This document shows positions 60,890-64,000 of a stretch of 64,000 nt of DNA, one piece after another. Below the pieces are notes generated by a model that saw only the letters and a list, made by a program, of their open reading frames with translations, was not told where the DNA came from and did not search any database. Numbering within the stretch: the stretch's first letter is position 1; the number at the start of each line of letters is the position of its first letter. The position numbers were made by a program, and so were the translations under genes. Source of the stretch: Eledone cirrhosa (Eukaryota); assembly GCA_964016885.1 (NCBI GenBank), contig OZ024741.1, positions 64,976,001-65,040,000 on the forward strand, written 5' to 3'.

Positions 60890-63402
60890 ATTTCTTTATT
60901 AGCCACAGGGGCACAAAAGAAGGGGACAAATACAAAGGGGGAAGTTTACATACAATAAAAACGTGTAAAATGTTATCACAGATGGAATTTAAAAGTTAGT
61001 CGATTTTCCCCAATAGAGGGAGACAGTTTATATGGGTAACACATACCCCCGAAAAAAAATGTGCAACCCTCATCTCCAGGAGTACGAAGAGTTTGTACTC
61101 CTTTCCTCTCCTCCTCCTTTTCCTCAACCTACAGGCTGATATAGAGAGAAGGCCCATTCACTCGGGCCATTCTCGCCACTTTCACCCACCTTTCATAAAA
61201 CTTGCTGGGGTACAGCACCTCTCTCTCCATCCTGATTCTTCTTCCAAAGTGGTATTTGAAAAAAAGAATCAGTTGTTGGCCGGAGAGAAAGGTGTCTGAC
61301 CTCAGCCCTTTCAACCTTGTCCACCATACAACCTCTTTCGCCATAGCTATCACACAAAGGAAAACCGCCTTTCCTTCGTTTTTGAAGGAGGGTGGCGGTT
61401 TGATCATGACAATGGACTCGGTGGTCAACCGGATTGGTCCCACCCGCGACAATAGTCGTTCTACATAGCCCCACAGGTCAGTGACGCCCGGGCAGTGTAT
61501 GAATGCGTGCGCGACGGTTTCTTCGTCTCGCACGCACCTCGGACAGATCTTTTTTGCAGGGTCCCTGCCCGGGCGCCCATGTCTGTAGAGCTTGTCTCGA
61601 ACTGGTAGAGCTCCTCGGTAGCACTGCCAGGCCAGGGACTTTTGGAAGTTGTCCATCGGTCCCGGGCGGAAGGTCCTACCGAACAGACTGGCCAGTTCAT
61701 CTTCCTCCACGCCTAGAGTTTCACCGAGCGTGTCGTCGCACTTGCTGCGGACCAACCCTCTATAGAATGACGAAGTGGAGTCTCCACTGATCGCCGGGTC
61801 CGCCTGCCAGAGGGCTGTGAGCGCCTGAGCACATTCGATGTGCCAGTCGCCCATTTTCCTCGGTCTCTTCTTGACCCAGGACTGCAGCTCGGTCAGCGAG
61901 ACGAGTCGTGGGAAGGCTCGCCTCACGAACGGGGCCCACACCGGTTGTCCGGTGAGGAATACGTAGAGATGCCGCATCCTGAGCGCGTGTTTGCGCATCG
62001 TCAACCACGGCATCCCCAGCCCTCCGTTAGAAGGGTGTTGGCAGCAGATGGATCTTCTTACCAAAGGAGCCCGTCTCATCCAAAGGAATCGGAAGAGGGC
62101 GCGCTCCATTTTGGCGAGCGCTTTGGCTGGACAAGGCACGACGGTCAAGCGGTAGTAGATGGCGGACGCTATAAAAGTGTTCGCCACCTCCGCTCGACCT
62201 TTCAAGGATAGTTTGCACTCGGCCCACTTCTGGGTGAGTGCAAACACCTTGGCTGTCACTTCGTTCCAGTTCTTCTCCACCTGGAGGTCCGGACCAAACC
62301 AGACCCCGAGCAGCTTTACCGGTCCTTCCGTCCAGCGTCCGACGACGCCATCGGAAGGCATCGGTCTGCCTCTCCATGATCCGAGTTGCAGACCGATGGA
62401 CTTGTCCCGGTTCAGCTTCGCTCCTGTGAGACTTTCGTATTCCTTTAGTAAGGTGCCGACTTCCTCGATTTGCGAGGCGCTCGACACCATTACTGTCACG
62501 TCGTCGGCGTAGGCCGACGCCGCTTTCCGCAGTCCCGGTTCCAGAGGGATGCCCTGCAATAGCTCCAGCTTCCGCAGTAGTGGCTCGAGAGTCAGTACGT
62601 ACAGAAGGGAGGAGAGAGGGCATCCCTGTCGAATGGATCGCGTAATATGGAACGGCTCCGAGAGGTAGCCGTTCACCTTGACCCTTGAGCAGATGTTGCT
62701 GTTGTGCATTGCAGCAATCCAGCCCCTGAACACGGGTCCGAAGCCTGCCGCCTCGAGCACCGCATCCAGGTAACGATGGTCAACCCTATCGAAAGCCTTA
62801 GATTGATCCAAGTTGATCAGGGCCCCACCGAAGCCGGGTTTACACCCTACCCTCTCTATGATGTATCGCATGAGGTGGAGGTTGTCGTGTATGGACCTGG
62901 TCGGGATCGCGCATGTCTGCGCTTCTCCCACCAGGTTCTCGACGACAAGCGCCAGCCTCTTTGCCAACACCTTGGCCAAAATCTGTAACTCTGTGTTTAG
63001 CAGAGTTATGGGCCGGAAGTTGCCTATGTCATCCCCCTTATTCTCGTCCTTCCTGATTAGTGTGACCACGTCCCCGGTTACAGAACTGGGAATTCTCCCG
63101 TTCTGTTGCCAGTTGCAGTAGACCGCTTCCAGGAGACCGGAGAATAAGTCCGGCATTGCTACGTAAAATTCGTATGGTAGACCGTCGAGACCTGGAGATT
63201 TGCGTTTGCCGCAATGGCTCAGCGCGTCCCCTATCTCAGTGGCTGAAATTGGCTTTTCGCAGAATTTCGCCTCACTGTCCGAGAGTCGCGGTAGGCCGTC
63301 GAGGTATGGACCGAAATCCATAGCCTCTCCCGGCGCGCCGCTCCCCCCGAACAGCCGAGCAAAGTGCCGCTGAAAAGCCGCACACATCTGCTTCGGCTCA
63401 CG
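60890..63402 (-). mobile_element. L1/Tx1-clade LINE, 5'-truncated
   Basis: GC-rich; ORF2 frame with KSPGLDG, NFRPITLLN, LDQSKAFDRVDH, IRQGCPLS, YADD and C-terminal CPRC..ETVAHAFIHC; 3' UTR ending AATAAA near 60900. Confidence 0.93.
61129..63402 (-). CDS. LINE ORF2 reverse transcriptase (endonuclease domain absent by truncation)
   Basis: Uninterrupted frame of about 757 codons; ORF-track N-terminus (63403-63459) is microsatellite-derived. Confidence 0.85.
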   Translation of the reverse strand, partial: REPKQMCAAFQRHFARLFGGSGAPGEAMDFGPYLDGLPRLSDSEAKFCEKPISATEIGDALSHCGKRKSPGLDGLPYEFYVAMPDLFSGLLEAVYCNWQQNGRIPSSVTGDVVTLIRKDENKGDDIGNFRPITLLNTELQILAKVLAKRLALVVENLVGEAQTCAIPTRSIHDNLHLMRYIIERVGCKPGFGGALINLDQSKAFDRVDHRYLDAVLEAAGFGPVFRGWIAAMHNSNICSRVKVNGYLSEPFHITRSIRQGCPLSSLLYVLTLEPLLRKLELLQGIPLEPGLRKAASAYADDVTVMVSSASQIEEVGTLLKEYESLTGAKLNRDKSIGLQLGSWRGRPMPSDGVVGRWTEGPVKLLGVWFGPDLQVEKNWNEVTAKVFALTQKWAECKLSLKGRAEVANTFIASAIYYRLTVVPCPAKALAKMERALFRFLWMRRAPLVRRSICCQHPSNGGLGMPWLTMRKHALRMRHLYVFLTGQPVWAPFVRRAFPRLVSLTELQSWVKKRPRKMGDWHIECAQALTALWQADPAISGDSTSSFYRGLVRSKCDDTLGETLGVEEDELASLFGRTFRPGPMDNFQKSLAWQCYRGALPVRDKLYRHGRPGRDPAKKICPRCVRDEETVAHAFIHCPGVTDLWGYVERLLSRVGPIRLTTESIVMIKPPPSFKNEGKAVFLCVIAMAKEVVWWTRLKGLRSDTFLSGQQLILFFKYHFGRRIRMEREVLYPSKFYERWVKVARMARVNGPSLYISL

Positions 63403-63454
<52 letters not shown>

Positions 63455-63456
<2 letters not shown>

Positions 63457-63825
63457 CACATGGCTTAGTGGTTAGAGCATTGGGCTTGCAATCGAAAGGT
63501 TGTGAGTTCAATTCTCAGGCCAGGTGATGTGTTGTTTCCTTGAGCAAGACACTATTTCACATTGCTCCAGTTTACTCAGCTGTAGAAATGAGATGATAGG
63601 ACTGGGGTCCCTATCATTGCACTGCAAAGTTTTCGTGGAGGTGCCACGGCAAAAAAGCACCCAGCCCACACTGTAAAGTGGACGTGTAGGCGCAACGGAA
63701 AAAAAGCACCCAGCACTCACTGTAAATGAGGTTGGTGTTAGGAAGGGCATCCAGCTGTAGAAATCAAGCCAGAATCAGTTCCCGCCCCACCCTTGCAAGC
63801 AGGGAAAAAGCGGACGTAAAATTAT
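63455..63825 (+). mobile_element. tRNA-derived SINE, family B, with RTE-like tail
   Basis: TGGCTTAGTGGTTAGAGC A-box, GAGTTCAATTC B-box, TCCTTGAGCAAGACACT core, internal CTGTAAAGTGG subrepeats, tail GCAGGGAAAAAGCGGACGTAAAA; related heads at about 12770(+), 33938(+), 22740-22830(-), 31920-31990(-). Confidence 0.8.
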
Positions 63826-64000
63826 ATATATATATAATATATTATTGTACATTTCTCGTAAAATATATGTCACATCCATTCCACTCTGTAAATACGAAAC
63901 TGTTGCTCACAACATCAATTTATATCTATCTATATTATTGTTCAGTTGAATAGGAGGTTAATTATATGTGCAAACATTGATAATGCTCAGATGACTCCAA

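Noticed and set aside
61193-63121. Several overlapping short ORFs within the L1
   Set aside because: Alternative-frame and antisense shadows of GC-rich ORF2
63455-63530. tRNA gene
   Set aside because: A/B boxes continue into SINE body and tail; no complete cloverleaf seen

Overview
AT-rich eukaryotic (animal) genomic DNA dominated by repeats. The SINE/RTE repertoire and (TA)n abundance suggest a coleoid cephalopod such as Octopus (inference). It looks like intronic/intergenic territory of a large minus-strand gene. There is one convincing 531-bp coding exon (5775-6305), possibly the N-terminal extension of a long AMPK-gamma isoform, and one candidate 72-bp exon. The rest is tRNA-derived SINEs, RTE LINE fragments, a 5'-truncated L1/Tx1 LINE with an open RT frame, at least four Penelope-like element (PLE) remnants, piggyBac-, hAT- and Tc1-type MITEs, a 48-bp minisatellite, and about 11 kb of (TA)n-rich arrays with a 200-N gap. 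The notable signal is a dense set of type I hammerhead-ribozyme (HHR) motifs read by eye. They sit in PLE 3' ends, in short fold-back palindromes inside (TA)n tracts, and in two ORF-less units of about 470 and 590 bp bounded by direct repeats (retrozyme-like), one carrying a U3-A8 core covariant. All ribozyme calls are manual folds, not computed or tested. Most ORF-track entries are microsatellite artefacts.
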